The notes below the pieces were generated by a model. The model was not told the origin of the DNA and made no database searches. It saw nothing but the letters and a program-made list of their open reading frames with translations. DNA of 64,000 nt, taken from positions 1 to 64,000 of the forward strand of contig JBDKRC010000243.1 of the NCBI GenBank assembly GCA_039683575.1, in the 5' to 3' direction. Below, one piece after another: positions 48,480 to 57,494 of this stretch (positions are counted from its first letter, which is position 1; each line of letters starts with the position of its first letter). Origin of the DNA: Armatimonadia bacterium. Its GTDB lineage: Bacteria > Armatimonadota > Zipacnadia > Zipacnadales > UBA11051. The position numbers and the translations under genes were made by a program.

Positions 48480-49793
48480 ATGCATTTTGGCTTGTTTGGC
48501 CGGCTGGTCCCAATAGGGCTGCTGTGTATTGTTGCACTGACCGGAGTTCAGGCGGAGGACTGGCCCGAGATCTACGGCAAGGGCCGCACCGGCGTCTGGA
48601 ACGAGCAGAACATCCTGCGGCAGTTCCCCGCCGAGGGCCTGAAGATCAGTTGGCGCGCCCCCATCGGCCCCGGTTACAGTGGTCCAGCGGTCGCTGGCGG
48701 CAAAGTATTCATCACCGACTATCAGAAGCGCGAGGGTGGCGGCGCTGAGCGCGTCATTTGCCTCGACGAGCAGACGGGGACGACGCTCTGGACGTACGAG
48801 AACCCGGCCGCGAACTACGGTAAGTTCGCCTACAACAGCGGTCCTCGCTCCACTCCGACGGTGGACGGTGACCGGGTGTATGTGCTAGGGGCCGCGGGGG
48901 ACCTCTACTGCCTCGGCACCACCGACGGCGCCCTGAGGTGGAAGCTGAACCTCCCGGGGAAATACCAGGCGAAGATCCCCTCGTGGGGCTATGCCGCCTC
49001 CCCGCTTGTCTACGGCGACCTCCTCATCACCCCCGCCGGCGGGGCGAACGGCCGGTTGGTCGGGCTCAACAAGCTGACTGGCGAAGAGGTCTGGCGCGCG
49101 CTACCTGTTCTTAGCGACCTTGCCTATACCTCCCCTATCACCGTCAGGGCCGGAGGCGTGGACCAACTCATCTACTGGGTACCCGGAGAGGTAGCCTCGC
49201 TCGACCCGCAGACGGGGAAAGTCTACTGGCAGGTACCTTTTGAGGGCGTCAACGGATGCGCCACCCCCACTTTAGATGCCGACAGGCTGATTGTCACCAA
49301 CTTCTTCAAGGGCAGCGCGCTGATCAAGCTGGCCGGTGACAAGCCGGGGGCCAAACTGGTCTGGAAGGGCAACGGCGAGAACGAGAACAAGACCGAGGGC
49401 TTGCATGGCCTCATGTGCCGTCCGGTCCTGAAGGGGGACTACCTCTACGGCATTTGTAGCTATGGCCAGTTCCGCTGCCTGAAGGCCGCAACCGGCGAAC
49501 GGGTGTGGGAGTCAATCGAGCCCACGCGCGAAAACAAGCGCTGGGCGAACGCTTTCATCGTCCGCAATGGTGACCTGTATCTCCTGAACAACGACCGCGG
49601 CGAGCTGATTCTCGCCGACCTGCAGCCTGATGGCTACCACGAGGTAAGCCGCACGAAACTCCTCAACCCCACCAGCGGCGGCGCCGGCACGCGCGAACTG
49701 GGCAAAGTCAACTGGGTCATTCCAGCCTATGCCAACGGTCACATCGTCATCCGCAATGATGAGGAGATAATCCGGGCGTCACTCACGAAGTAA
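48480..49793 (+). CDS. PQQ-binding-like beta-propeller repeat protein
   Basis: DWP..G..RTG, GYSGPAV, GPRSTPTVDGDRVY, repeated TG...W blade ends. Confidence 0.9.
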   Translation: MHFGLFGRLVPIGLLCIVALTGVQAEDWPEIYGKGRTGVWNEQNILRQFPAEGLKISWRAPIGPGYSGPAVAGGKVFITDYQKREGGGAERVICLDEQTGTTLWTYENPAANYGKFAYNSGPRSTPTVDGDRVYVLGAAGDLYCLGTTDGALRWKLNLPGKYQAKIPSWGYAASPLVYGDLLITPAGGANGRLVGLNKLTGEEVWRALPVLSDLAYTSPITVRAGGVDQLIYWVPGEVASLDPQTGKVYWQVPFEGVNGCATPTLDADRLIVTNFFKGSALIKLAGDKPGAKLVWKGNGENENKTEGLHGLMCRPVLKGDYLYGICSYGQFRCLKAATGERVWESIEPTRENKRWANAFIVRNGDLYLLNNDRGELILADLQPDGYHEVSRTKLLNPTSGGAGTRELGKVNWVIPAYANGHIVIRNDEEIIRASLTK

Positions 49794-49822
49794 AGGCCGC
49801 GCGCCCGCAATGATGAGGCAGC

Positions 49823-49856
49823 AAAAAAGGCTCTCACCACTCGGCGAGAGCCTTTT
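49823..49856. terminator. Bidirectional intrinsic terminator
   Basis: AAAAAAGGCTCTC...GAGAGCCTTTT between convergent genes. Confidence 0.85.
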
Positions 49857-49884
49857 CGCTAGGTCGCGGATAGAGCAGAGGAGA

Positions 49885-50598
49885 CTACTTGCCGCCGCAG
49901 CCACAGCCCGCCTTGGCTGCATCCTTGCACTGACCCATCTGCTTGCACTTGCCTGCGGTCATGCCAGAGCACTGGCTCGCGCCGGTGGACTTGCAGCCGG
50001 TGCCACAGGAGCAACCAGCCTTCGCGCCACACTTACACGCCGCGCCACACTTGCAGTCCGCCGAGCGTACTCCCGGCTTGCACGTGCAGGCAGTACCACA
50101 GGCGCAAGCCTTGGCCTTGCCAGGGCACTTGCCTGCCGTCGGGCAGCGGCGGCCGCCGGGGGCGACGGTGAAGCTGGCGGTCTCCGTACTCCAGAGATTG
50201 CGGACACTCACGGAGAGCTTGCCGGCAGCCGGACCATCAAAGGCGTACTTGCCCGGCCCGACCGGGCGCAGCACTACCTCCTGGCCGTTGAGCTCGGCGT
50301 TCACAACATCCGTGCTCGGGCGGCCGCTCTTGGTGGTGACAGTGAGCACTGTGGTGCCCCGGCGATGGACGGCGCTGATGACGACATCACCTAGCGTGCG
50401 GCTAACTGCGGCGCCACCATGGCCCTTCATCTTAGCCGCGTCCATGCCGCAGCCAGCCTTCATTCCGCAGGCCGCCGGTCCGCTCTTCATCCCGCAAGCG
50501 CCGGCGTTACCCCCGCACTTGGCCACGGCGTACACCGTGATCCCAAGCAGCCCCACAAGCACCAACAACACAAACAGCGGCGAGTTGAACCTTCTCAT
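49885..50598 (-). CDS. Exported or membrane-anchored Cys-rich protein with metallothionein-like C-terminus
   Basis: SD GAGGAGGT; hydrophobic N-terminus; 18 Cys in the last ~88 aa, many as CxC. Confidence 0.75.
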   Translation of the reverse strand: MRRFNSPLFVLLVLVGLLGITVYAVAKCGGNAGACGMKSGPAACGMKAGCGMDAAKMKGHGGAAVSRTLGDVVISAVHRRGTTVLTVTTKSGRPSTDVVNAELNGQEVVLRPVGPGKYAFDGPAAGKLSVSVRNLWSTETASFTVAPGGRRCPTAGKCPGKAKACACGTACTCKPGVRSADCKCGAACKCGAKAGCSCGTGCKSTGASQCSGMTAGKCKQMGQCKDAAKAGCGCGGK

Positions 50599-50698
50599 CT
50601 GGACCTCCTCTGTCCCGGCTATGAAACCAGGTTGCATATGGGTAGAAGAACAACCAGAGGTACGGCAGTTGTTCCCTGCAAGCACCAGCACGCGAAGC

Positions 50699-50733
50699 GG
50701 GCACGGCCACCGATGTGTCCGGTGGCCGTGCTC
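50699..50733 (-). terminator. Hairpin downstream of the 50770-51348 gene
   Basis: GCACGGCCACCG/CGGTGGCCGTGC 12-bp stem; no strong U tract. Confidence 0.45.
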
Positions 50734-50769
50734 ATGGGTACGGCTATTCAGTTTTTCCGCGGTAGCTGA

Positions 50770-51348
50770 TCAGTCTTCTGGCATGCAGATCGGGCAGCTC
50801 GTGCTGACCGTGGTCACTCTGCAGTGCGGGCACATCCAGTTCACCATGCGGGGCTTGTCCCTCAGGGAGCCAGCCCAGAAGTCGAAGGTGACCAGATGTG
50901 AGCCGCTGGGCGTCGTGATCCAGGCGAAAACCTTGTTCCAGCCAGGCTCGAAGTCGGCCTGACCGCAGTAGCGCCCGCTCTCGACCCGCTTCAGCTTGAC
51001 GTCGTGGCTGCCGCCAGGGCCCTTTACCATCACGTCAAGGCCGGCCGTATTGTCATAGTTGCCATAGCCCTTCTCCAGGATGAAGGCAAGCTCGGTCAAC
51101 TGGCCGGCCGGGTACGGCCGCATCCACATCGTGAGAGACCGATTATTGTCGAAGAAGTTGTACATCTTGTGCTCGATGATGTTCTGCCCGTCAGCATAGC
51201 CGCGCGGACACTCGACAGCCACAACAGTCTCAGTGGGCGTGATCCGCACCCGCTCCCCGGCCTTCGCCGGCACCGGGCACTGGCGTTGCGCCAGGGCGAC
51301 TGAACATACCACGAGCAGCACAACAGCGAGCAGCACCTTACGTTCCAT
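50770..51348 (-). CDS. Secreted protein with Ig-like (YtkA/FixH-like) domain and C-terminal CxxC...CxxC motif
   Basis: Signal peptide; LKRVESGRY.G..F.PGW; WMCPHC...SCPIC. Confidence 0.7.
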   Translation of the reverse strand: MERKVLLAVVLLVVCSVALAQRQCPVPAKAGERVRITPTETVVAVECPRGYADGQNIIEHKMYNFFDNNRSLTMWMRPYPAGQLTELAFILEKGYGNYDNTAGLDVMVKGPGGSHDVKLKRVESGRYCGQADFEPGWNKVFAWITTPSGSHLVTFDFWAGSLRDKPRMVNWMCPHCRVTTVSTSCPICMPED

Positions 51349-51384
51349 TAACACAGCCTCCTCAACCTTAAGGTTTGACCTAAA

Positions 51385-51411
51385 CGACGTACAGCCGCGA
51401 CGAGAGGTTCA
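51385..51411 (-). promoter_or_regulatory. Putative ECF-sigma promoter
   Basis: TGAACC-N16-CGTCG upstream of the 51348 start; same motif at 57432-57457. Confidence 0.45.
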
Positions 51412-51427
51412 CGTGGTTGCTGACGCG

Positions 51428-51456
51428 AAAGCGGAGCCGGCATTCGCCGGCTCCGC
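51428..51456 (-). terminator. Intrinsic terminator
   Basis: Minus strand GCGGAGCCGGC-GAAT-GCCGGCTCCGC-TTT. Confidence 0.75.
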
Positions 51457-51483
51457 AGCAGGAGCAGTCCGAAACGGCCTCTG

Positions 51484-52044
51484 CTACCAGATCTTGAGCT
51501 TGAAGGTCGCAGCACTGTAGCCGTACACCGCGATCAGATACCGGCCAGTGCCCCCGAAGTCGGACGGGTAGAAGGACCCGATATTCGAGTCTCCGGTGCC
51601 GATATCATAGCCCACCCAGACGAGGCTCTCATCGCCATAGGTGCGCAGCGGGGAGAAGATGTACAGGTCAGGGTCGCCACTGCGGGCGTCCATGGCGACG
51701 TCAGTAGGATAGTAGTTGCGAGTCAGGTTAACCTCGAACCACTGGGCCCGGCCACGGGGGACGGAGCGGGTGCTAGTCCAACTGCCAAACGGGAGCAGTT
51801 CGAGCAGTGTGCGGGTGTTGGCCTGGACGTCGGGAGCGCCCTCCTGGAGGAACTCAGGCATCGTCTTGCCCAGGACCTGCAGGTCAGCCTGAAGCTGTGC
51901 CATTGTCGCCGGGGTTGTGATCCTGTTGCCGGACTTCTCCGGTTCGGTACTGGAGGAGCCGCCAGAGCCGCCACCACAGCCACTGAGCGCCGCGATCAGG
52001 CCTGCCATCGCCACAACAACGATTGTCCGGGTATACTTCTTCAT
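51484..52044 (-). CDS. Lipoprotein with PPC-like (pre-peptidase C-terminal) domain
   Basis: Lipobox LSGC followed by GGGSGG; SGDPDLYIF; GRYLIAVYGYS; SD AAAGGAG. Confidence 0.8.
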   Translation of the reverse strand: MKKYTRTIVVVAMAGLIAALSGCGGGSGGSSSTEPEKSGNRITTPATMAQLQADLQVLGKTMPEFLQEGAPDVQANTRTLLELLPFGSWTSTRSVPRGRAQWFEVNLTRNYYPTDVAMDARSGDPDLYIFSPLRTYGDESLVWVGYDIGTGDSNIGSFYPSDFGGTGRYLIAVYGYSAATFKLKIW

Positions 52045-52219
52045 CGGTACTGCTCCTTTCATCGCGGGGCGTGGCCACCGCGTGTTGCACTATTGCTGGT
52101 AGTAATGCAGGAAGCCAGCTACTTCTTCCCGGTGGCTCGGAAGGAATTCTCAGCCGCGAAGCGAAGCACACGCCTGCGCAGTTCAAGCCACGGCTGCGAG
52201 TTGCACTTAGGGAGACTCG

Positions 52220-53185
52220 ATGGACTACCGACTTGTTACGCATCGTGAAGTGCCGCGACTGCCTGAGCAGTTGGCCTCGCTCAGCAACCTCGCCTTCGCC
52301 GAGTATGAGGGCGCTCCGGAGGTTGACGCCGCGTTCTGTGACTGGTATGGCCGCAGGCCGGGAAGCAGCCTCGATGTCTGTGTCGGGGCGCTATATGGCG
52401 ATACGCTTGTGGCGAATGTGCTGGTGGCGATCCAGGAGGTCAATGTCGGCGGCGAGTTCATCCCGTGCGGCATTGTGGACACGGTGGCGACCCATCCGGA
52501 GCACCGCAAGCATGGCCTTGCCCATCGCCTGATGGACATGGCCCACGAGATCATGCGCCGGCGCAAGGTCGAGGCCGCGGTGCTGTACACCAACCCGGAG
52601 AACCACCCGTACCACTTCTACGGCCGCCTGGGGTACGTCGCACGCGCGCGGGCAGGGATGCTGACGGGAGAGCGACCAACAGCCCAAGGGGCATACCAGG
52701 TGCGGCCGATGGGGGAGGGGGAGGAGGGGACAGTGCGTGACCTCGTGAATGCCCGCTATAGCCGGTACGAGGGCTTTGCGCGGCTTGATGAGGCGCTGTG
52801 GCAGTGGCACCGGGTGGAACGTCCCGCCTCGATGCCCGCGGAAGTGGTGGTGGCCGAACAGGACGGGCGGATCGTGGGGACGGTGGCACTCGCGGAGGTC
52901 GACGTGCTCCTTGCAGGGCAGCGTGAGCGCGTCACGGTGCTCTCCGACGCGGTCTACCCCGACACGGGCTGTCTGCGCGACATGCTGGCTGCCTCCCGGC
53001 AGGCGAAGACAATGGCCCTGCACGGCCTGCTGAACCCCGAGAAAGACGACCTCGAAGAGCTTGGGTTCGTGACGCAAGTAGGCGAGGTCTCGATGGTCCT
53101 GCCCTTCAGCAAGCGGGCACAAGCGCTTTTGCGCGAGCCCCAGGGGCCGTGGTATGTGATGGTGGAGTCGGTGGTGGGGGTGTGA
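52220..53185 (+). CDS. GNAT family acetyltransferase (tandem GNAT)
   Basis: VATHPEHRKHGLAHRLM; FYGRLGY. Confidence 0.88.
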   Translation: MDYRLVTHREVPRLPEQLASLSNLAFAEYEGAPEVDAAFCDWYGRRPGSSLDVCVGALYGDTLVANVLVAIQEVNVGGEFIPCGIVDTVATHPEHRKHGLAHRLMDMAHEIMRRRKVEAAVLYTNPENHPYHFYGRLGYVARARAGMLTGERPTAQGAYQVRPMGEGEEGTVRDLVNARYSRYEGFARLDEALWQWHRVERPASMPAEVVVAEQDGRIVGTVALAEVDVLLAGQRERVTVLSDAVYPDTGCLRDMLAASRQAKTMALHGLLNPEKDDLEELGFVTQVGEVSMVLPFSKRAQALLREPQGPWYVMVESVVGV

Positions 53186-53211
53186 GGCACTCGACCTTTG
53201 GGCCATATTCC

Positions 53212-53220
53212 TGGTATAAT
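53212..53220 (+). promoter_or_regulatory. Extended -10 promoter
   Basis: TGgTATAAT 46 nt upstream of the ATG at 53267. Confidence 0.65.
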
Positions 53221-53266
53221 GAGTTTCACGCCGCTGCAGTGGCGTTGATTATTCGAGGTGAAGTGC

Positions 53267-54187
53267 ATGTCCAAGAGCATCATGATCGTCGGCCCGACTG
53301 GCAAAATCGGCAAGCATTTGGTGAAGATGCTGGCACAGCAGGGGCACCAGCTATCGGGCGTGGCACGGTTTGGGCGGCCGGGGCAGCAGGAGGAACTGGA
53401 TGAACTGGGCGTGAAGACCTACAAGGCGGATGTGGCGCAGTGGGACGCGCTGGAAGGCATTCCCGGTGAGTTCGATATCGTCTTCCACATGGCCGGGCTG
53501 AAATTTGGTTCGACTAGCAACCCCTCGGCCACGGTCAACATGAACGTCTTTTGCACCGGCCGGATCATGGAGCACTTCAAGGACAGCGGCTGCGTGCTGT
53601 ACTCCTCCAGCGGCAATGTCTATCCCGACACCGCTGACGGCTGCAGCGAAGAAGACGCGCCGGGCGCGTCGAGCCTGTATGCCACCACGCGCATGGGCGC
53701 CGAGTGGATGGTCGAGTACTTCTCGATCCGCAACAACACCCCCGCCGTTAACCAGCGCATCTTCTACGGCTACAACACCGAGTTCGGCGTCCCCACGGAC
53801 ATCGCCCGGCAGATCCGCGACGGAGAGGAGATCGACCTGACCACCCCGTTCGTCAACGTCATCTGGCTCGACGACCTGATGGAGGTCATGTACCGGTCCT
53901 GGGAAGTCGCCTCGGTTCCGGCCAAGTACCTCAACCTGACGGGCACAGAGAAGGTCGCCACCCGCGAGATCGCCGAGAAGCTGGCCAAGTTCATGGGCAA
54001 GGAGCCCAAATTCAAGGGCACTCCCAACAAGGTGGCTCTCCTGGGCAAGACCGACGAGATGGTCCGCCTGTGGGGAGAGCCCAAGGTGTCGCTGGACGAG
54101 GGGCTGCAGCGCGTGGCCGAGTCCGTCATGGCCCGCGAGCACCCCATCGATCATCCCACAATGTGGGAAGTCCGGACAGGGTTCTGA
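53267..54187 (+). CDS. NAD-dependent epimerase/dehydratase family protein
   Basis: IVGPTGKIG, HMAGLKFG, SSGNVY, YATTR. Confidence 0.88.
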   Translation: MSKSIMIVGPTGKIGKHLVKMLAQQGHQLSGVARFGRPGQQEELDELGVKTYKADVAQWDALEGIPGEFDIVFHMAGLKFGSTSNPSATVNMNVFCTGRIMEHFKDSGCVLYSSSGNVYPDTADGCSEEDAPGASSLYATTRMGAEWMVEYFSIRNNTPAVNQRIFYGYNTEFGVPTDIARQIRDGEEIDLTTPFVNVIWLDDLMEVMYRSWEVASVPAKYLNLTGTEKVATREIAEKLAKFMGKEPKFKGTPNKVALLGKTDEMVRLWGEPKVSLDEGLQRVAESVMAREHPIDHPTMWEVRTGF

Positions 54188-54206
54188 GTCTGATCTGACG
54201 AAATCC

Positions 54207-54236
54207 AACGGCGGTGACTGCGGTCACCGCCGTTTT
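54207..54236 (+). terminator. Intrinsic terminator
   Basis: AACGGCGGTGAC-TGCG-GTCACCGCCGTTTT. Confidence 0.75.
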
Positions 54237-54260
54237 GGCATTCCGGGCCAGGAGACAGAG

Positions 54261-55493
54261 ATGAAACACCTCGTCGGTCTCGCGCTTTTCGGAATACTGT
54301 CGAGCGTCGCTCTGGCCGCTGAACCTCCGCTCCGCCACTCCCAGGAATGGGTGCGCGAGCGTCTCGGCCAGATGTACGCGATGGATGAGGCATACCTCTA
54401 CAACGACGTCCTCGGTGGCCGCGCCATCCACCAGAACAGCATGAGCAAGCCCGAGCCCACCGAGCCGTGGGAGGGCAATTTCCACACCCAACAGCAGTCC
54501 TACTACGCGCTGGTGAAGATGGACCTGTACCGCATGGGCGGACGGAAGGAGCCTCGCTACCTCCAGGAAGCCCACGACCTCCTGGCATGGGTGGTCAGGA
54601 ATGGCTATGACCCCCAGGGGCCGGGGTTCTACCTCAAGTACTCCACCAAGACGGGCGAGTGGGAGAAGGGCTTCTACCCCGAGTTCAGCATGATCAACGT
54701 GGCGGGGCTGCTGTGCTATTGCCACGAAATGGGCCGGCTAAAGCTCGGCCCCTCCGAAGAGCTTACGGCCTGGCAGGGGATCGCTAAGAAGGTCCTGGCT
54801 CGCATTGCAGCGACCGACAGCTTCGTCCCAGGTCGCCCTAAGGGCCTCTACGGCAGCGGGTACATCGCGCTGAAGCTGCTGGATTGCTATGACTGCACGG
54901 GGGAAGAGCGGTTTCTGAAGCTGGCGCGGCAGGTTGTAGACCTGGCTGACGAGGCCCTCTGGGACAAGGAATACGGCGGGTGGTTCATTGACGGCATCGC
55001 GGGCGGCCCGCTTCCGAAGCACACGACCAAGTTCACCCATATCAACGCCAACATGATCCAGGCGTGCCTGCGACTGTATCTGGCGGGACAGGGCGAGCAG
55101 TACAAGACGCGCGCGGTCGAGGTGCTGGAGTTCCTGAACAAGTACAGCCGCTCACCCGACGGCGGATGGTACCGGCACAACACCCGCGACGGCTCCGATC
55201 CGACGAAGCCTCCCGGCATCGGCGATGGCGGCACAACCGATCCGGGCACTCCATGCGTCTATGACCGCATGGCGCAGATGATAGTGGCCTGCTGCCTGGC
55301 ATGGCGCGCGACTGGGGACGGTAAGTATCTGCGGTGGGTGGATGAGACGCTCGACAAGATGGAAAAGACTCACCTGACCAAGTACCCGATCGGCGTCAAC
55401 TACGGCTACACGGGCGCGAATGACTACCAGAATACGTGGTGCCACCTGTGGGGGCTGAAGGCCCTCATCGAGATGGCCCGGCTGTGGGAGTAG
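54261..55493 (+). CDS. Secreted (alpha/alpha)6 protein, AGE-epimerase/GH76-like
   Basis: Signal peptide; repeated Y..TG...YL..A and WDKEYGGWF motifs. Confidence 0.7.
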   Translation: MKHLVGLALFGILSSVALAAEPPLRHSQEWVRERLGQMYAMDEAYLYNDVLGGRAIHQNSMSKPEPTEPWEGNFHTQQQSYYALVKMDLYRMGGRKEPRYLQEAHDLLAWVVRNGYDPQGPGFYLKYSTKTGEWEKGFYPEFSMINVAGLLCYCHEMGRLKLGPSEELTAWQGIAKKVLARIAATDSFVPGRPKGLYGSGYIALKLLDCYDCTGEERFLKLARQVVDLADEALWDKEYGGWFIDGIAGGPLPKHTTKFTHINANMIQACLRLYLAGQGEQYKTRAVEVLEFLNKYSRSPDGGWYRHNTRDGSDPTKPPGIGDGGTTDPGTPCVYDRMAQMIVACCLAWRATGDGKYLRWVDETLDKMEKTHLTKYPIGVNYGYTGANDYQNTWCHLWGLKALIEMARLWE

Positions 55494-55502
55494 GTGTGGA
55501 AG

Positions 55503-56183
55503 ATGGCAGAGTCCAAAGCGAAGCGGAAGCAACGGGCGCTGGAGATCGTGAAGCTGCTGGCAAAGGAGTACCCTGACGCGGAATGCGCGCTGCATCACCG
55601 CTCGGCCTTTGAGCTTCTGATTGCCACAATTCTGTCCGCGCAGACCACCGACGAGAAGGTCAACGAGGTCACAGACGACCTCTTCAAGACCCACAACCGC
55701 CCCGAGCACTTCGCCACCGAGGACCCGGCGAAGCTGGAGCAAATCCTGCGCCCCACCGGGTTCTTCCGCAACAAGACCAAGTCGGTGATCGGCGCGTCGA
55801 AGATGCTCCTGGAGGACTTCGGCGGCGAGGTGCCGCGCACGATGGAGGAGCTGATCCGCCTCCCGGGCGTCTCCCGCAAGACCGCCAGCGTGGTCCTCGG
55901 CGTCTCTTTCGGTATCGCCGAGGGAGTGGTGGTGGACACTCACGTGGCCCGTATCGCGGTACGGCTGGGCCTGACGCCGGTACAGACGACCAAAACGGTT
56001 AGCGCCGAGAAGATAGAGAAGGACCTGATGGAGCTTCTGCCGCGCGAGGAGTGGATCAGCTTCTCCCACCGGATAATCTGGCACGGCCGCCGCGTCTGCA
56101 CCGCCCGCAAGCCTCTGCACGACCAGTGCGTACTGGAGCCGCTATGCCCGAAGATCGGCACGCCCGAGCAACGACGGCTCTGA
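55503..56183 (+). CDS. nth: Endonuclease III
   Basis: FELLIATILSAQTTD, TGFFRNK, LPGVSRKTA, VVDTHV, HGRRVC.ARKP. Confidence 0.95.
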   Translation: MAESKAKRKQRALEIVKLLAKEYPDAECALHHRSAFELLIATILSAQTTDEKVNEVTDDLFKTHNRPEHFATEDPAKLEQILRPTGFFRNKTKSVIGASKMLLEDFGGEVPRTMEELIRLPGVSRKTASVVLGVSFGIAEGVVVDTHVARIAVRLGLTPVQTTKTVSAEKIEKDLMELLPREEWISFSHRIIWHGRRVCTARKPLHDQCVLEPLCPKIGTPEQRRL

Positions 56184-56204
56184 CGAGAGCTGAAGCTGCT
56201 GGGT

Positions 56205-56291
56205 CAAAATGGGGACGGAGCCTTCACGACGGTGTTTCGTTGGTGGAACCCATGACACGTGCATCGGCGTGAAGGCTCCGTCCCCATTTTG
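56205..56291. repeat. Long inverted repeat (MITE/REPIN-like or bidirectional terminator)
   Basis: Perfect 24-bp arms CAAAATGGGGACGGAGCCTTCACG / CGTGAAGGCTCCGTCCCCATTTTG with a 39-nt spacer. Confidence 0.85.
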
Positions 56292-56319
56292 GTCAACGGG
56301 CATCGGCCCCCATCTCAAG

Positions 56320-57324
56320 CTATAACGTCACCCGCCGCCCCTTCTTGTTGCTCTCAATAACCCCAAACACCATCGCCAGTGACTTGAGGTTGTCATGGCA
56401 CTCGCCTTGCGGCAGCTTGCCCGTCCGCAGATACTCAAGCATCTCCTTCAGCGCTCCATGCTGCCCTGGCGCGGGCACATCCGTATCCGCAATGATCGCC
56501 TCTCGCAGCGGGAAGTTGAACCCCTCCTGCCCGACGACCACCTGCCCGTGTGGCTCGGCGTCCTGCTCATACAGGATCGTCCCTCTGTCGCCGATGATCC
56601 GCCAGTTGCCGCCCCACGCCGTGTGGCAGCCCTCCGAGCACCAGCTTCCCCGGTAGCTGAAGATGATGTCATCGGTCATCTCAAAGATGCAACTCGCCGA
56701 CACGTCGCCCTTGTACCACGAGCCGTAGGGGTTGAATTCCCTGGCATAGACCGCTACCGGGTCGAACCCCACAAACATCCGCGCCATGTCGAAGTGGTGG
56801 ATGGACATGTCGAGGATCAGCGGGCTGTCCATCTGGTCGCGGAAGCCGCCGAAGTGCGCCGCCAGGTAGAAGTCGCAGTTGACCGTCGTGACGCGCCCGA
56901 TCTCGCCGGAGGCGATGGTGGCCCGCAGCCGCTCGTGCCGCCCATCATACCGCCGCGACTGGCTGACCATGTACAGCTTGCCGGTCTCCTCCGAAGTCTT
57001 CACCATCCGGCGTGCCTCGGTCATGCTCGCGGCCATGGGCTTCTCGCCGATGACATGGCATCCCGCGCGCAGGGCCGTGCATGTGACCGCACAGTGCGTC
57101 GCCGGCAGGGTCAGGTCCACCACGAAGTCCGGTCGCGTCTGCTTCAGGGTCTTCTTAAGGTCAGTGCTGGCCGGACAGTCGAGTTCGAACTCCGCGATGC
57201 GTTTCTCGGCGGCCTCAAGCCGCAGGTCCACGACCGCGGCGATCTCCACCGCCTCCTTCTTCAAAGGCGGAAACCAAGCCCCGGAAATTCCCCCTGCGCC
57301 AACAACAACGCAACGTTCAGCCAT
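56320..57324 (-). CDS. Gfo/Idh/MocA family oxidoreductase
   Basis: VVVGAGGIS, HVIGEKPMA, LDMSIHHFDM; SD AAGGAG. Confidence 0.93.
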   Translation of the reverse strand: MAERCVVVGAGGISGAWFPPLKKEAVEIAAVVDLRLEAAEKRIAEFELDCPASTDLKKTLKQTRPDFVVDLTLPATHCAVTCTALRAGCHVIGEKPMAASMTEARRMVKTSEETGKLYMVSQSRRYDGRHERLRATIASGEIGRVTTVNCDFYLAAHFGGFRDQMDSPLILDMSIHHFDMARMFVGFDPVAVYAREFNPYGSWYKGDVSASCIFEMTDDIIFSYRGSWCSEGCHTAWGGNWRIIGDRGTILYEQDAEPHGQVVVGQEGFNFPLREAIIADTDVPAPGQHGALKEMLEYLRTGKLPQGECHDNLKSLAMVFGVIESNKKGRRVTL

Positions 57325-57431
57325 GGTGCGCTCCTTCTGCGAAATGAGGAGACAGCTTCCCTGCGTGTCCCTGGCCTTCCTCCACTCCCCGCTGTCATGC
57401 TGAACGAAGTGAAGCATCTTCTTACGGTGCC

Positions 57432-57457
57432 TGAACCCCTTCATTTCGACACCGTCG
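57432..57457 (+). promoter_or_regulatory. Putative ECF-sigma promoter
   Basis: TGAACC-N15-CGTCG upstream of the VOC gene. Confidence 0.45.
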
Positions 57458-57494
57458 ACTCCTGATAGCACAACCGAGCAAGGAGGCACTCAAC

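Noticed and set aside
49943-50962. 339-aa plus-strand ORF with PHLQ-like repeats
   Set aside because: Mirror of the Cys-rich minus-strand gene, which has the SD, signal peptide and terminator.
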